Shown: positions 29,166 through 39,746, numbered from the stretch's first letter. The stretch is 64,000 nt of DNA from Alphaproteobacteria bacterium (GCA_965214705.1 CBDCCI010000002.1:2560001-2624000); one strand, 5' to 3'. Numbers and translations are program-made. Notes: generated by a model from the sequence alone, not told the origin.

Positions 29166-31574
29166 TCAGCGCGCGGCTCTTCCGCTCCGCCGGATCGCGG
29201 CCCAAATCCGATCCGGGCGGAGCGGTAGTTCGTCGATCTCCACACCGAAGGGCTGAAGCGCGTCCGAGACCGCGTTGGCGAGCGCCGCGGGCACCGGCCC
29301 CGGCAGCCCCTCGCCCGCACCGCGTGCGCCGAACGGGGTATAGGGGCAGGGAACGCCCGCGTGGGTCACGGTGATGGGCGGCACGTCGGGCGCGCGTGCG
29401 ATCTGGTAGGTCTCCAGGCTCGTGCTGAGCTGCTGCCCGTTCTCGTCGTAGACGAACTGCTCGAACATCGTGTTCGAGAGCCCCTGCACGACGGCGCCCT
29501 GCACCTGGCCCTCGATGATCTTGGGATTGATCACGACGCCGAAATCCTCCGACGTCACGTAGCGCTCGATGGTGAACTGGCCGGTCTCCGGATCGACCTC
29601 CACGATGGCGCCGTGGCAGGAGAAGCAAATCAGCGGCTTTTCTGCCTCGAAGAACGCCGTGTGCTCGAGGCCTCCGCTCTCATCCGGAGGCAGGTCTATG
29701 GGCCGCATGATGATCCGCTGCGTCATCTCCACGAATGAGCGCCGAATGTTGTCGTCCCTGGCGTAGACCACCTGCCCGTTCGCGAAGGTGAAATCTGCTG
29801 GCTCCGCGCCGACGAGGCTAAGATCGTGGATCATGAAGCGGCCGATCTTCTCCTTGAGGACTCGGCAAGCCACGGCGACGGCGCTCGCGGTGTAGGAGCC
29901 GGCGCGGGCGCCGATCGTGCCCGAGCCGAACGGGGTTTTTCCGGTGTCGCCGACGGTGACGACGATATCGTCGGGGTGGATGCCGAACTCGTTGGCGGCG
30001 ACCTGCGCCAGCATCGTCTCGTGGCCCTGACCGCCGGGCGCGTCGCCTTCGAACACGAATGCCTTGCCGTGCGGGTCGAGCCGCACAGTCGCCGCGCCAT
30101 AACCCGGCTGGTTCTCCATGGGGACCAGCACCTCGGACGCGACGCCCGAGGATTCGACGCCGACGCCGAAGCCGATTCCCAGATATTGTCCGCGTGCGCG
30201 CGCCGCGGCCTGCTCCTTGCGAAAGCCCTCCAGATCGAGCTGTTCCACGAGGTTCTCGAAGGTCTTGGCGAAATCGCCGCTGTCGTAATGCACGCCGGTG
30301 CAGATGACGTGGGGGAAGCGGCGCACGAAGTTGCGGCGCCGCACCTCCGCCGGCTCCATCCCGAGCGCCCGCGCAACCAGGTCGATGCACCGTTCCATGA
30401 CGAAGCGGGTCGGGAAGCGGCCGAAGGCACGTGCCGGAGAGAGCGAGGACTTGTTGGTCACAGCCACCCGGATGCTGATGTCGCAGGTCGGCAGATCATA
30501 CGCGTTGGGCAGATAGGCGGCACCCGTGAGCGGCATGACGTAGCCCCAGTAGACGCCGGAACACCCGTCGCCGGCATCTCCGAGCGCACGGTCGCGCACC
30601 GCCGTGATCCGCCCGTCGGCGGTGGCTGCGACCTCGATGTCGTGGGTCTGGTCGCGCTCCTGGCTCACGGCCATGAGGTGCTCCTCGCGCGACTCGATCC
30701 AGCGCACCGGGCGGGCGAGCATCCGCGCCATGTGACAGACCAGCGTTGGCTCCCGATAGAAGGGCGCCTTGACGCCGAACGCGCCGCCTTGATCGCGCGG
30801 CGCAATGACGCGAATTCGATGTGATGGGATGCGGAGCTGATCTGCCAGGGCCAGACGATCGATGTGCGGACGCTGGGTCGTGATCCACGCCGTGAGGTCG
30901 CCGTCGGGATCCCAGACCGCGAGCGCGCCACGAGTCTCGAGCGGTGTCACGCCGGTGCGGTGGACACGAAAGCGCCGCCGCACAACGACATCGGCTGCGT
31001 CGATCAGCCGCTGGACCTCCGCAGCGTTGCGCGCCTGGTCGGCCGGGTCATCGCCGCCCGTCAGCGTGCCGCCGAACATCAGGTTGTCGTCCCAGTCCTC
31101 GTGTACGAGAGGCGTGTCGGGCCCGAGCGCGGCCTCGGCGTCGACGACAGCCGGAAGCGGCTCGTACTCGATCTCGACCAGTTCGGCGGCGTCCTCCGCA
31201 ACGTAAGCGTCCCTCGCGACGATGGCAGCGACCGGCTCGCCGTGGAACTTCACCTTGTCGATGGCAAGCGGCCAGAAGGTCGGATAGCGGGCCGGGAACG
31301 CCGGCAGGACGACCGGCAGCGGCAACGGACGGATTTCGTCCTTGATGTCCTCGCCGGTGACCACCGCCACGACACCGGGCACGGCGCGGGCCTTGCTGAC
31401 GTCAATTGACAGGAGCCGGGCGTGGGCGTGCGCGCTGCGCACGAAGGCAAGGTGGAGCGTGCCCGGCACAGCCAGATCGGCGATGTAGCGGCCGCCGCCG
31501 GTGGTCAGACGAAAATCTTCTTTGCGCTCCAGGGGGTAACCCAGCCAGGGAGACTCGGTCCGGCTCTCGGACAT
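29166..31574 (-). CDS. Xanthine dehydrogenase/CoxL-like molybdopterin-binding subunit (stand-alone)
   Basis: RKED.RL.TG.G.Y, GGAFG.K, GQGHET, INPKIIEGQVQG, RGAGE; SD AGAGGAGG. Confidence 0.9.
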   Translation of the reverse strand: MSESRTESPWLGYPLERKEDFRLTTGGGRYIADLAVPGTLHLAFVRSAHAHARLLSIDVSKARAVPGVVAVVTGEDIKDEIRPLPLPVVLPAFPARYPTFWPLAIDKVKFHGEPVAAIVARDAYVAEDAAELVEIEYEPLPAVVDAEAALGPDTPLVHEDWDDNLMFGGTLTGGDDPADQARNAAEVQRLIDAADVVVRRRFRVHRTGVTPLETRGALAVWDPDGDLTAWITTQRPHIDRLALADQLRIPSHRIRVIAPRDQGGAFGVKAPFYREPTLVCHMARMLARPVRWIESREEHLMAVSQERDQTHDIEVAATADGRITAVRDRALGDAGDGCSGVYWGYVMPLTGAAYLPNAYDLPTCDISIRVAVTNKSSLSPARAFGRFPTRFVMERCIDLVARALGMEPAEVRRRNFVRRFPHVICTGVHYDSGDFAKTFENLVEQLDLEGFRKEQAAARARGQYLGIGFGVGVESSGVASEVLVPMENQPGYGAATVRLDPHGKAFVFEGDAPGGQGHETMLAQVAANEFGIHPDDIVVTVGDTGKTPFGSGTIGARAGSYTASAVAVACRVLKEKIGRFMIHDLSLVGAEPADFTFANGQVVYARDDNIRRSFVEMTQRIIMRPIDLPPDESGGLEHTAFFEAEKPLICFSCHGAIVEVDPETGQFTIERYVTSEDFGVVINPKIIEGQVQGAVVQGLSNTMFEQFVYDENGQQLSTSLETYQIARAPDVPPITVTHAGVPCPYTPFGARGAGEGLPGPVPAALANAVSDALQPFGVEIDELPLRPDRIWAAIRRSGRAAR

Positions 31575-31629
31575 GGCGCCCCTCCTCTGGATTTGCGATA
31601 ATGCACGCGACACCACGGTGAGCGTTTGG

Positions 31630-32496
31630 ATGCCCTTGTCGAATCGCTTCGTGTACGAAGGGCTACGCTATCTTGCCATACTCTTTGCGATCGTAATCGC
31701 GCTGATACCGATCGCCTGGATGGCAACGATGGCGTTCAAGCCGGTGGCGGAGTGGACGACCGCCATCGCCGACGTCACGTGGCTGCCCAAGAATCCCACG
31801 CTCGGCAATTTCGAGTACATCTTCACCGGCGAGACGGAAGAGGTCATCGTCACGCTGGACCGCATCGCGATCCGCCCGATTCTGTCGAGCCTGCTGATCG
31901 CGTCGTTCGGAACGCTGATCGCGGTCTTCGCCGGCACGCTCGGCGCCTACGGGGTGTCGCGCTTTGCGGTCGGCCGCAACCTGCCTCTCGGCGTCCTTCA
32001 GCTCCGCCTGTTCCCGCCCATCGCCGTCGTGATCCCGGTGATGGTCATGTGGACGTTCCTCGGCATGGTCGATACCTGGTGGGGACTGGCGCTGATCTAC
32101 GGCATCGTCACCCTGCCCTTCGCCTTCTGGCTGATGATGACGTTCTTCGACGAAGTGCCGCTTGAAATCGAGGAGGCCGCGCTGGTCGAAGGCTGCAGCC
32201 ACTGGCGCGTGTTCTACAGGGTGACTTTGCCCATGGTGAAGGCGCCGCTGGCGACGACGTGCCTGTTCGTCTTCATCCTGAACTGGAGCGACTACCTCAT
32301 CGCCCTGCTGCTGACCCGGAAGGATTGGGTGACCATCCCCGTCTACATGAGCGAGCTCAGCGTCGCAATGACCGGTCCGATGTACGGTGCCAAGGCGGCG
32401 TTAGGCTTGGTGGCTGCGATCCCGCCGGTCGTTCTCGGCATCATCATCCAGAAGCACCTGGTTCGCGGGCTCACCTTCGGGGCGCTGAAGCAATGA
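31630..32496 (+). CDS. Carbohydrate ABC permease (MalG-like)
   Basis: IEEAALVEG EAA loop, FILNWSDY, QKHLVRGLTFGALK. Confidence 0.9.
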   Translation: MPLSNRFVYEGLRYLAILFAIVIALIPIAWMATMAFKPVAEWTTAIADVTWLPKNPTLGNFEYIFTGETEEVIVTLDRIAIRPILSSLLIASFGTLIAVFAGTLGAYGVSRFAVGRNLPLGVLQLRLFPPIAVVIPVMVMWTFLGMVDTWWGLALIYGIVTLPFAFWLMMTFFDEVPLEIEEAALVEGCSHWRVFYRVTLPMVKAPLATTCLFVFILNWSDYLIALLLTRKDWVTIPVYMSELSVAMTGPMYGAKAALGLVAAIPPVVLGIIIQKHLVRGLTFGALKQ

Positions 32497-33458
32497 CGGA
32501 AGCAACGGCAGACTCCGGCCCACCGGTGCGGCGCGCCGGTTCGCTCTCGATCGAGCGACTGGGCAGGAGGCTCGGAATCAGGATGACGATTCCGGCGCAG
32601 CTTCTGCTGGTTTTCATCGTTACCTTCCCCGCGCTCATGCTGATTTATTTGAGCCTGACCTGGTGGGGTCCGCTCGACGGAACCACCTGGATTTACGCCT
32701 TCGAATCGCTCAACTGGTTCGACAATTACGTTGAGATTTTCCAGGATGGCCGCCTCTGGGGATCGGTCGGGCGAACCTTCCTGATCATGGCCGTCGTGGT
32801 CCCGATCGAGTTCCTTCTCGGCCTCGGTCTCGCAACTCTGTTCGTCGATCGGTTCCACGGCAAACGCATTTTCTACGTCATCCTGTTGATGCCGATGATG
32901 ATCGTGCCTTCCGTGGCCGGTTACATGTTCTTCATGCTTTTCCAGAGCAACGGCCCGATCAACCAGATCATCAGCGGCATCAGCGGCCTCGATTTCGATG
33001 TCGTCTGGCTGGGACACCCGATCCGATCGATGATCGCGATCATGGTTGCTGATATCTGGCAATGGACGCCGCTCATGTTCCTGATCCTGCTCGCCGGCAT
33101 CATCTCGGTGCCGGAGGATCAGTTGAAGGCGGCAACCCTGCTGGGCGCAAACTGGTTCCACAAGTTCTGGCGCATCGTCCTGCCCAGAATGAAGATTGTC
33201 ATGGTCATTGCCTTGGTTATCCGCTCGGTCGAGGCGTTCAAGCTGTTCGACATCATGTGGATCATGACCAAGGGTGGACCCGGATTCTCGACCGAGACCA
33301 TATCGGTCTACATATACAAGTTAACGTTTTTCGATCTCGAATGGGCCTATGTGTCGACGGCCGGCCTGGTCATCATGATCTTCCTCAGCCTGTTCGCGGT
33401 CGTCGGCTTGATCGCCATGGGTAGAGCCAAGCGCAAACGCTTGGCCAACCCGGGCTGA
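32493..33458 (+). CDS. Carbohydrate ABC permease (MalF-like)
   Basis: DIWQWTP, AFKLFD..MTKGGPG; ATGA overlap. Confidence 0.9.
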   Translation: MTEATADSGPPVRRAGSLSIERLGRRLGIRMTIPAQLLLVFIVTFPALMLIYLSLTWWGPLDGTTWIYAFESLNWFDNYVEIFQDGRLWGSVGRTFLIMAVVVPIEFLLGLGLATLFVDRFHGKRIFYVILLMPMMIVPSVAGYMFFMLFQSNGPINQIISGISGLDFDVVWLGHPIRSMIAIMVADIWQWTPLMFLILLAGIISVPEDQLKAATLLGANWFHKFWRIVLPRMKIVMVIALVIRSVEAFKLFDIMWIMTKGGPGFSTETISVYIYKLTFFDLEWAYVSTAGLVIMIFLSLFAVVGLIAMGRAKRKRLANPG

Positions 33459-33508
33459 GCGTTGGCACGAGAGTATGCCCGCGTAAGCGGGCCTGACCCC
33501 CAACCTCC

Positions 33509-34279
33509 GTGAGACTCGCCGGAAAGAACGCCGTCGTCACCGGCGCCGCGTCGGGCATCGGCCGCGAGACGGCGCTCCGCTTCGCCGAGGAGGGCGCGGC
33601 GGTCGTCTGCGCCGACCTGGACGCTGAGGGCGCCGCCGCCCTCGCTGCGTCGATCGTCGCGAACGGGGGCGCTGCGCATTCCGTCCGCGCCGACATCACC
33701 AGCGAGGCCGACGCGGCGCGGCTCGCCGAGGAGGCGCTGGCGGCGCTGGGCCGAATCGACGTGCTGGTGAACAACGCCGGAGTCACCATCCTGGGCGGCG
33801 TCGCAGAGCTCACGGAAGCTGACTGGCAGCGCGAGATCGACATCAACCTGAGCGGCGCCTACCGGGTCTCGAAGGCGTTCTGGCCGCACTTCGCCGAGGC
33901 CGGCGGCGGCGCGATCCTGAGCACCGCCTCGATCGCCGGCGTCGTCGCGGCGCGCCAGGATGCCGCTTACGTCGCCTCCAAGGCTGGGCTCATCATGCTC
34001 ACGCGCTGCATGGCACTGGACGGAGCGCCACACGGCATCCGCGCCAATTGCATCTGCCCCGGCTTCGTGGACACGCCGATGTTCGAGGGCTTCATCGCGG
34101 AGCAGCCGGATCCGGACGCCTCCCTCGCCCGCGCGGCGGGCCGCACGCCCTTGGGCCGCATCGGCACGCCGCGCGACATCGCCGACGGCTTTGTTTACCT
34201 CGCTTCCGACGACGCCCGCTGGATTACCGGGACATCGCTCGTCATCGACGGCGGCCTCACCATCGGCCTCCCGGAGTGA
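33509..34279 (+). CDS. SDR family oxidoreductase
   Basis: TGAASGIG, NNAG, YVASK, IDGG. Confidence 0.92.
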   Translation: MRLAGKNAVVTGAASGIGRETALRFAEEGAAVVCADLDAEGAAALAASIVANGGAAHSVRADITSEADAARLAEEALAALGRIDVLVNNAGVTILGGVAELTEADWQREIDINLSGAYRVSKAFWPHFAEAGGGAILSTASIAGVVAARQDAAYVASKAGLIMLTRCMALDGAPHGIRANCICPGFVDTPMFEGFIAEQPDPDASLARAAGRTPLGRIGTPRDIADGFVYLASDDARWITGTSLVIDGGLTIGLPE

Positions 34280-34291
34280 CGGGCGGCCTTC

Positions 34292-35218
34292 GTGAGCCGC
34301 ACCGTACAGAGCAGCGGGCACCTGGTGCCCCTCGCCATGCTGCTCTTCGGCGCCTCCAGCTACGCCATGACCTTCTCGCTCAACCGGATCGCCATTACCG
34401 AAGGCGTTCCGACCTTTCCCTTCGTCTTCTGGCAGGGCGTGACGGCAGGGGCGATCGCCCTGATCGCGGGCCTCGCGGTGGGTCAGCGTCCGAAGTTCAG
34501 CGGCGTCTACCTTCGCTTCTACTTCATCTTCGGCTTCATCGGCATCGCGCTCCCCTACACCCTGCTTGCGTTGGCCGCGCCCAGAGTGCCCGCCGGCGCG
34601 GTGGCGTTGACGCTGACGCTCTCGCCGATCCTGACCTACGCCTTCTCGATCCTGTTCAAGATCGACACCGTGCGGCTGCTGCGGGTCGTGGGCATCATGC
34701 TCGGCCTCGCGGGAATCCTGGTGGTGCTGGCGCCGGGAGCCAGCCTGCCGGAGCCCGGCATGGCGCCATGGCTGCTGTTGGCCTTCGGCTCGCCGGTTTG
34801 CTACGCCTTCGGCAGCGTCACGGTGGTGTTCCTTCGCCCGGCTGGCAGCCAGCCGATCCCTCTCACCTGCGGTATCGCCTTCGCGAGCGCGATCCTGATG
34901 CTGCCGGTGATGGCTGCCGCCGACAGCTGGTGGCTGTTCGACGGCACCATGACCGACGGCGACTGGTCGCTGATCGGCGGTGGCGCGCTCACCGCGTGCT
35001 TCTTCGTGCTCGGGCTGGAAATCATTCGTATGGTGGGGCCGGTCTTCTTCTCGACCAACGGCTACATCGGCCCGCTGTGCGGGATGGGCTGGGCCGCGCT
35101 TTATTTCGGCGAGGTGCCGAGCCCCTGGATCGGCCTCGCGGTCGCGCTGCTCTTCGCCGGCCTCTTCCTGGTGAACCGCAGCTCCCGGCCCATGATCCGG
35201 GCAGGGCCAGGGCCGTAG
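34292..35218 (+). CDS. DMT/EamA family transporter
   Basis: About 10 TM segments in two repeats; FGE.P near C-terminus. Confidence 0.8.
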   Translation: MSRTVQSSGHLVPLAMLLFGASSYAMTFSLNRIAITEGVPTFPFVFWQGVTAGAIALIAGLAVGQRPKFSGVYLRFYFIFGFIGIALPYTLLALAAPRVPAGAVALTLTLSPILTYAFSILFKIDTVRLLRVVGIMLGLAGILVVLAPGASLPEPGMAPWLLLAFGSPVCYAFGSVTVVFLRPAGSQPIPLTCGIAFASAILMLPVMAAADSWWLFDGTMTDGDWSLIGGGALTACFFVLGLEIIRMVGPVFFSTNGYIGPLCGMGWAALYFGEVPSPWIGLAVALLFAGLFLVNRSSRPMIRAGPGP

Positions 35219-35225
35219 CGCACCG

Positions 35226-36080
35226 ATGCTGCGCATCCTGACCTTCAATACCGGCCTCACCGAAATTCGCCTGTTCGTCGCCCCGCTCTACGAGGACGTG
35301 CCCTACGTGGTGGCCCGTGCCGCGCATCTCGCGCCCGCGTTGCGCGGCGTGGACGCCGATATCGTGCTGCTGCAGGAGCTGGTACCGCAACGCGTCAAGG
35401 TGAGGCTGGCGGCGGAGCTTCGCGATCTCTACCCGCACAGCGCCGGCGTCGCCGAGGACAGCCGCTTCTACGGCACCGGGCTGCTTACCCTCTCCCGCGA
35501 CGTAATGACGGACGCTTCGTGCACGTCCTTCGCGCAGCAGACGCTGGAGGAGGGTCTCTTCGGCCCGCGCGGGATGCTCGCCTGCACGGTACGGACGCCC
35601 GGCCTCGGCCCCATCCGCGTCATCAACCTCCATGCCACCGCCGGCGGCGCCTATCGGCGGAAGCGACGCCTGGGCGCGGCCGACCGGCGGAGCGCGCAGG
35701 TCGCCGAGGCGATCGAGGCCGCCGCTGCAGCGTTCGACGGCACGGTCGTGCTCGCCGGCGACTTCAACTGCGACCCGGCCGCAGACCCGACTGCCAGCGG
35801 GCTTCTGCAGGACGCGGGCTTCGAGGACGTGGCCGCCGATCTGCCGGACGAGGCGCAGCCCCAAGGCACGTGGGATCCGGCCAATCCACTCAACCGAGGC
35901 CGGGCCGCCGGTCCCGCCCGCCGGGTGGATCACATCTTCGTGCGGCCGGGCGGCGGCTACGGGGTCGCCGTGTCCGCCGTGCGCACCGTGCTTGACGAGC
36001 CGGTGGTGCCGCTCCCCGACGGAAAGCCGTTACCGGTTTCGGATCACTACGGTCTACTCGCCGAACTCGCGACGTCCTGA
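35226..36080 (+). CDS. Endonuclease/exonuclease/phosphatase family protein
   Basis: TFN, DIVLLQE, NLH, GDFN, VDHIF, SDHY. Confidence 0.88.
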   Translation: MLRILTFNTGLTEIRLFVAPLYEDVPYVVARAAHLAPALRGVDADIVLLQELVPQRVKVRLAAELRDLYPHSAGVAEDSRFYGTGLLTLSRDVMTDASCTSFAQQTLEEGLFGPRGMLACTVRTPGLGPIRVINLHATAGGAYRRKRRLGAADRRSAQVAEAIEAAAAAFDGTVVLAGDFNCDPAADPTASGLLQDAGFEDVAADLPDEAQPQGTWDPANPLNRGRAAGPARRVDHIFVRPGGGYGVAVSAVRTVLDEPVVPLPDGKPLPVSDHYGLLAELATS

Positions 36081-36185
36081 CGGCTGCTCGACGCTCTTTC
36101 CGCCTTCTCTGAAACCCGATGCCGCGCTACGTTCGTACGCACGGAAAGGTGGCGCGTGGCTGCGCATACCCAAGGAGGTGATGCT

Positions 36186-36539
36186 GTGTGTGCGTTCTGT
36201 ACGATGATGGCCGGCGGCACGCACTGGACCGAGGCCGGCACGGACGCGGGCCGCGCGGCCGAGCCTGAGACCGGGCGCGCCCGCTATCTCGGTCGCCTGA
36301 ATCGCGTCGCCCTGATCAATCGAATCCTGAACCACTACGGCTGCGCCGCGTCCGACTGGGCCTGCAACCAGTATGTCGTCAAGAGCCACGCGGGCCGCTC
36401 GGCCATGGTGGCGCACCTGCCCCAGATTTGGGTCGCGGCCGAGGAGATCGCTGGGCGGCCCCTCGACCCCCTGGACCCTGCCCTGCTCGACACGCTGCGC
36501 AGCACAGCGCCGAAAGAGACGGCGCCGGCGACGCACTAG
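36186..36539 (+). CDS. Small CxxC protein, paralog of 8640-9002
   Basis: GTG start after AAGGAGG; shares CxxC, HWTEAGTDAGR, YGC..DWA and DPLDPAL. Confidence 0.75.
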   Translation: MCAFCTMMAGGTHWTEAGTDAGRAAEPETGRARYLGRLNRVALINRILNHYGCAASDWACNQYVVKSHAGRSAMVAHLPQIWVAAEEIAGRPLDPLDPALLDTLRSTAPKETAPATH

Positions 36540-36684
36540 CCCATCCAAATTGAGAGCCGCGAGCCGTGATCGAGACGCATGATCGGGTCCAATGGCTACG
36601 TGACGAGCCGATGAGTTTAATTGTCAAGCCTTGACGGGCCCCCTACTCTGGTCGGCGGTCAAATCCAACAGGGAGGATAAGACC

Positions 36685-37185
36685 ATGATGAAGAAGCTCG
36701 TCTTGACAATGGCGGTACTTGTCGCGTCGGCCAGTGTGGCCAATGCCACCCAGTATCTTCAGGCATCGTCATCGGTGACCCAGTGCCCGGGCACGGCACC
36801 AACGCTGGTCGAAATGGATATCATCGACGCAGCGGAGGGCGTAATGCTCGCCAACAACCAGATCACCGTCGGCGAAGCCGGGCCTTATCTGATCGTCGCC
36901 GCTCCCCAGGTCGGCCGCGAAGGCGGCGGGCCCTACGGGTGCTTCGACCTGTGGCTGCGCATCAACGGTGCAGACGTCGCCAACTCCAACGTCCAGCTCT
37001 GCCAGGACGAAGGGAGCATGGCCAAGGACGTCATCATCTCCCAGGGAATCGTTCCCATGGAGGCGGGCGACATGCTGGAAGTGATGATGTCGGCCAGCAA
37101 TCCCGAGGCGAACATCTGCATCGAGGCGATTCAGCCGGCCGGCGAGCCGCTGGTGCCGGCGATCATCTTTTCCATGATCAAGTAA
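36685..37185 (+). CDS. Secreted beta-rich hypothetical protein, possibly C1q/TNF-like fold
   Basis: Sec signal MMKKLVL..ANA; ITVGEAGPYLI and DLWLRINGADVANS patterns; 4 Cys. Confidence 0.6.
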   Translation: MMKKLVLTMAVLVASASVANATQYLQASSSVTQCPGTAPTLVEMDIIDAAEGVMLANNQITVGEAGPYLIVAAPQVGREGGGPYGCFDLWLRINGADVANSNVQLCQDEGSMAKDVIISQGIVPMEAGDMLEVMMSASNPEANICIEAIQPAGEPLVPAIIFSMIK

Positions 37186-37405
37186 GCAGCCGAGGGGCGT
37201 GCTGAGCGCCTTCGGGCGGCGGCGCACCCCTCCCCTCGTCGTCTCGCGGCGGTGCCGCGAGACGGACGTGCGATGGACGGACGGGACCAGCCCTTCCGGT
37301 GTCTATGCGCGCGCAATCAAGACCGGGGCAGGCTTGCAAGGCCCGGTGCAAGCTGCCATGTAGCTCTTGCCCAACCGAATCCTCTCCAGCCGGGAGCATG
37401 CGGGT

Positions 37406-38311
37406 ATGGATACCCTCATTGGCCAGTCGGCCGGCGGCGCCGCGCAGCCGAAGGACGCGACGACCCAGAGCTTTGCCGCCGACGTGATCGAAGCGTCGCA
37501 ACAGACGCCGGTGATCGTCGATTTCTGGGCGCCCTGGTGCGGTCCGTGCAAGCAGCTCGCGCCGATTCTGGAGAAGACGGTCAGGGACGCCGGCGGCAAG
37601 GTGGCGCTGGTCAAGATCAACATCGACGAGAACCCGGAGATCGCGCAGCAGCTCCGCATCCAGTCGATTCCGGCCGTGTTCGCCTTCGACAAGGGGCAGC
37701 CGGTCGACGGCTTCATGGGCGCTCAGCCGGAAAGCCAGATCAAGCGCTTCGTGGAGCGGCTGGTGGGACCGATGGGCCCCTCGCCCCTGGAGCAGGCCCT
37801 GGAGCAGGCCAAGGACGCGCTGGACGGCGGGGACTTCGCCAGCGCGTCCAACATCTACGGCCAGATCCTGCGCCAGGTGCCGGGCGAGGCGGCAGCGATC
37901 GCAGGGCTGGTGCGCTGCCTCGTCGGTGCCGGCGACCTGCAGGAGGCCCGCGAGCTGGTGGACGGGCTCGACGACGATGCGCTGAAGAACGCCGACGTGG
38001 AGAGCGCGGTATCGGCCCTCGCGCTTGCGGAGCAGGCCGGCGAGGCCGATGGCGACACCGCCGAACTGCAGGCGCGGCTCGCCCAGGACCCCGGCGACCA
38101 CCAGGCCCGCTTCGACCTCGCCATGGCCCATCACGGCGCGGGGCGCAACGAGCAGGCCATCGATGAGCTGATCGAGATCATCCGGCGGGATCGGGAGTGG
38201 AACGAGGAGGCCGCGCGGCAGCAGCTGCTCAAGCTGTTCGAGGCCTTGGGCCATACCGACCCGCTCACGGTCGCGGGCCGGCGCAAGCTCTCTTCGATCC
38301 TGTTCTCCTGA
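37406..38311 (+). CDS. cnoX: Chaperedoxin (thioredoxin + TPR, CnoX/YbbN)
   Basis: DFWAPWCGPCK, TPR-like helices, C-terminal GRRKLSSILFS. Confidence 0.9.
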   Translation: MDTLIGQSAGGAAQPKDATTQSFAADVIEASQQTPVIVDFWAPWCGPCKQLAPILEKTVRDAGGKVALVKINIDENPEIAQQLRIQSIPAVFAFDKGQPVDGFMGAQPESQIKRFVERLVGPMGPSPLEQALEQAKDALDGGDFASASNIYGQILRQVPGEAAAIAGLVRCLVGAGDLQEARELVDGLDDDALKNADVESAVSALALAEQAGEADGDTAELQARLAQDPGDHQARFDLAMAHHGAGRNEQAIDELIEIIRRDREWNEEAARQQLLKLFEALGHTDPLTVAGRRKLSSILFS

Positions 38312-38319
38312 GGCATGCC

Positions 38320-38985
38320 GTGACCGCCGGCCCCGAACCGGGCGGCCTCGACGAGCTGCCGCGCGTCATCCCGATCTTCCCGTTGCCGGGGGTCCTGCTG
38401 CTGCCGCGCGGGCGGCTGCCGCTCAACATCTTCGAGCCTCGCTACCTGGAGATGACGCAGGACGCGATGGCCTCGCACAAGATGATCGGCATGATCCAGC
38501 CGGCCGACCCGCAGGCGAAGCTGGATGCGCCGGAGGTCTATCCGGTGGGCTGCGTGGGCCGCATCACGTCCTTCTCCGAGACGCCGGACAACCGCTTCCT
38601 GATCACGCTCACCGGCGTCTGCCGCTTCGCCATCGCGCGCGAGCTGGAGCAGGACGGCCTGATGTATCGGCGAGTCCGTGCCGACTACGGCCGCTTCGCC
38701 AGCGACCTGCCGGAACCGGCACCGCTCGCCGTCGACCGCGGCAGCCTGCTCCCGGCGCTCAGGGCCTACTTCGATCACCACGGGCTCACTGCCGACTGGG
38801 ACGCGATCGAGCGGGCCAGCGATGAGGCGCTGGTCACATGCCTCGCGATGGCCTGCCCCTTCGAGCCGAGCGAGAAGCAGGCGCTGCTCGAATGCTCGAG
38901 CGAGAGCCAGCGGGTGGCCATGATGCAGGCGCTGTTCGAGATGGCGGCCCACGGCGCAGCCGGGCCAAAGTCGCGGGTGCAGTGA
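38320..38985 (+). CDS. LON peptidase substrate-binding domain protein
   Basis: [23 protein letters not shown]; EKQALLE. Confidence 0.9.
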   Translation: MTAGPEPGGLDELPRVIPIFPLPGVLLLPRGRLPLNIFEPRYLEMTQDAMASHKMIGMIQPADPQAKLDAPEVYPVGCVGRITSFSETPDNRFLITLTGVCRFAIARELEQDGLMYRRVRADYGRFASDLPEPAPLAVDRGSLLPALRAYFDHHGLTADWDAIERASDEALVTCLAMACPFEPSEKQALLECSSESQRVAMMQALFEMAAHGAAGPKSRVQ

Positions 38986-38999
38986 AGGAGGCCGCGCGG

Positions 39000-39200
39000 A
39001 TGGGAGAGGAACGGGCCACGGTCGACCCCAAGCTTCTGGAGATCCTAGTCTGCCCGCTGACCAAGGAGCCGCTGCGCTACGACGCCGAGCGGCAGGAGCT
39101 GATCAGCGACAAGGCGAAGCTGGCGTTCCCGATCCGGGACGGCATTCCGATTATGCTGCCGGACGAGGCTCGACCATTGGAGGAAGGCGAGGCCCGGTGA
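39000..39200 (+). CDS. Trm112/YcaR family protein
   Basis: [14 protein letters not shown]...[15 protein letters not shown]. Confidence 0.9.
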   Translation: MGEERATVDPKLLEILVCPLTKEPLRYDAERQELISDKAKLAFPIRDGIPIMLPDEARPLEEGEAR

Positions 39201-39568
39201 GCACGCCCTTCGAGGACCAGCCCTGGCCGGTCGAGCTTCGCTACAAGAGCGCCGAGAAGACGCTCGAAGTCGATTTCGACGACGACCTGCGGTGCAGCCT
39301 GCCGGCCGAGCTGCTGCGGGTGGAGAGCCCGTCCGCCGAGGTCAGGGGGCACGGCGAGGGCAAGACCATCGTGCCCGGCCGCCGCCATGTCGGCATCACT
39401 CTGATCGAGCCGGTCGGCAACTACGCCGTGCGCCTCCATTTCGACGACCTGCACACCACCGGCATCTATACGTGGTCCTACCTGCGCCACCTCGCGGAAC
39501 ACCGCGATGCGATCTGGCTTACCTACCTCGATGCACTGGAGGAACGGGGCCTCAGCCGGGATCCGTAG
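39197..39568 (+). CDS. DUF971 family protein
   Basis: [29 protein letters not shown]. Confidence 0.88.
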   Translation: MSTPFEDQPWPVELRYKSAEKTLEVDFDDDLRCSLPAELLRVESPSAEVRGHGEGKTIVPGRRHVGITLIEPVGNYAVRLHFDDLHTTGIYTWSYLRHLAEHRDAIWLTYLDALEERGLSRDP

Positions 39569-39617
39569 AGCGGCTCCGTTCGAGACGTTTCTATTCGAGT
39601 GCCCAGCGCCCCAAACT

Positions 39618-39692
39618 CGTCATGGCCGGGCTTGTCCCGGCCATCCACGTGTCCGGCGTGACTGGATGCCCGGATCAAGTCCGGGCATGACG
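39618..39692. repeat. Alphaproteobacterial REP-like palindromic element
   Basis: CGTCATGGCCGGGCTTGTCCCGGCCATCCA...TGGATGCCCGGATCAAGTCCGGGCATGACG, two inverted REP hairpins between convergent genes. Confidence 0.85.
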
Positions 39693-39746
39693 ACAAGTGA
39701 GAAAGGCTCGGTTAGCGAAGCCGGACGCCGGCCCAACCTGGGCCGG

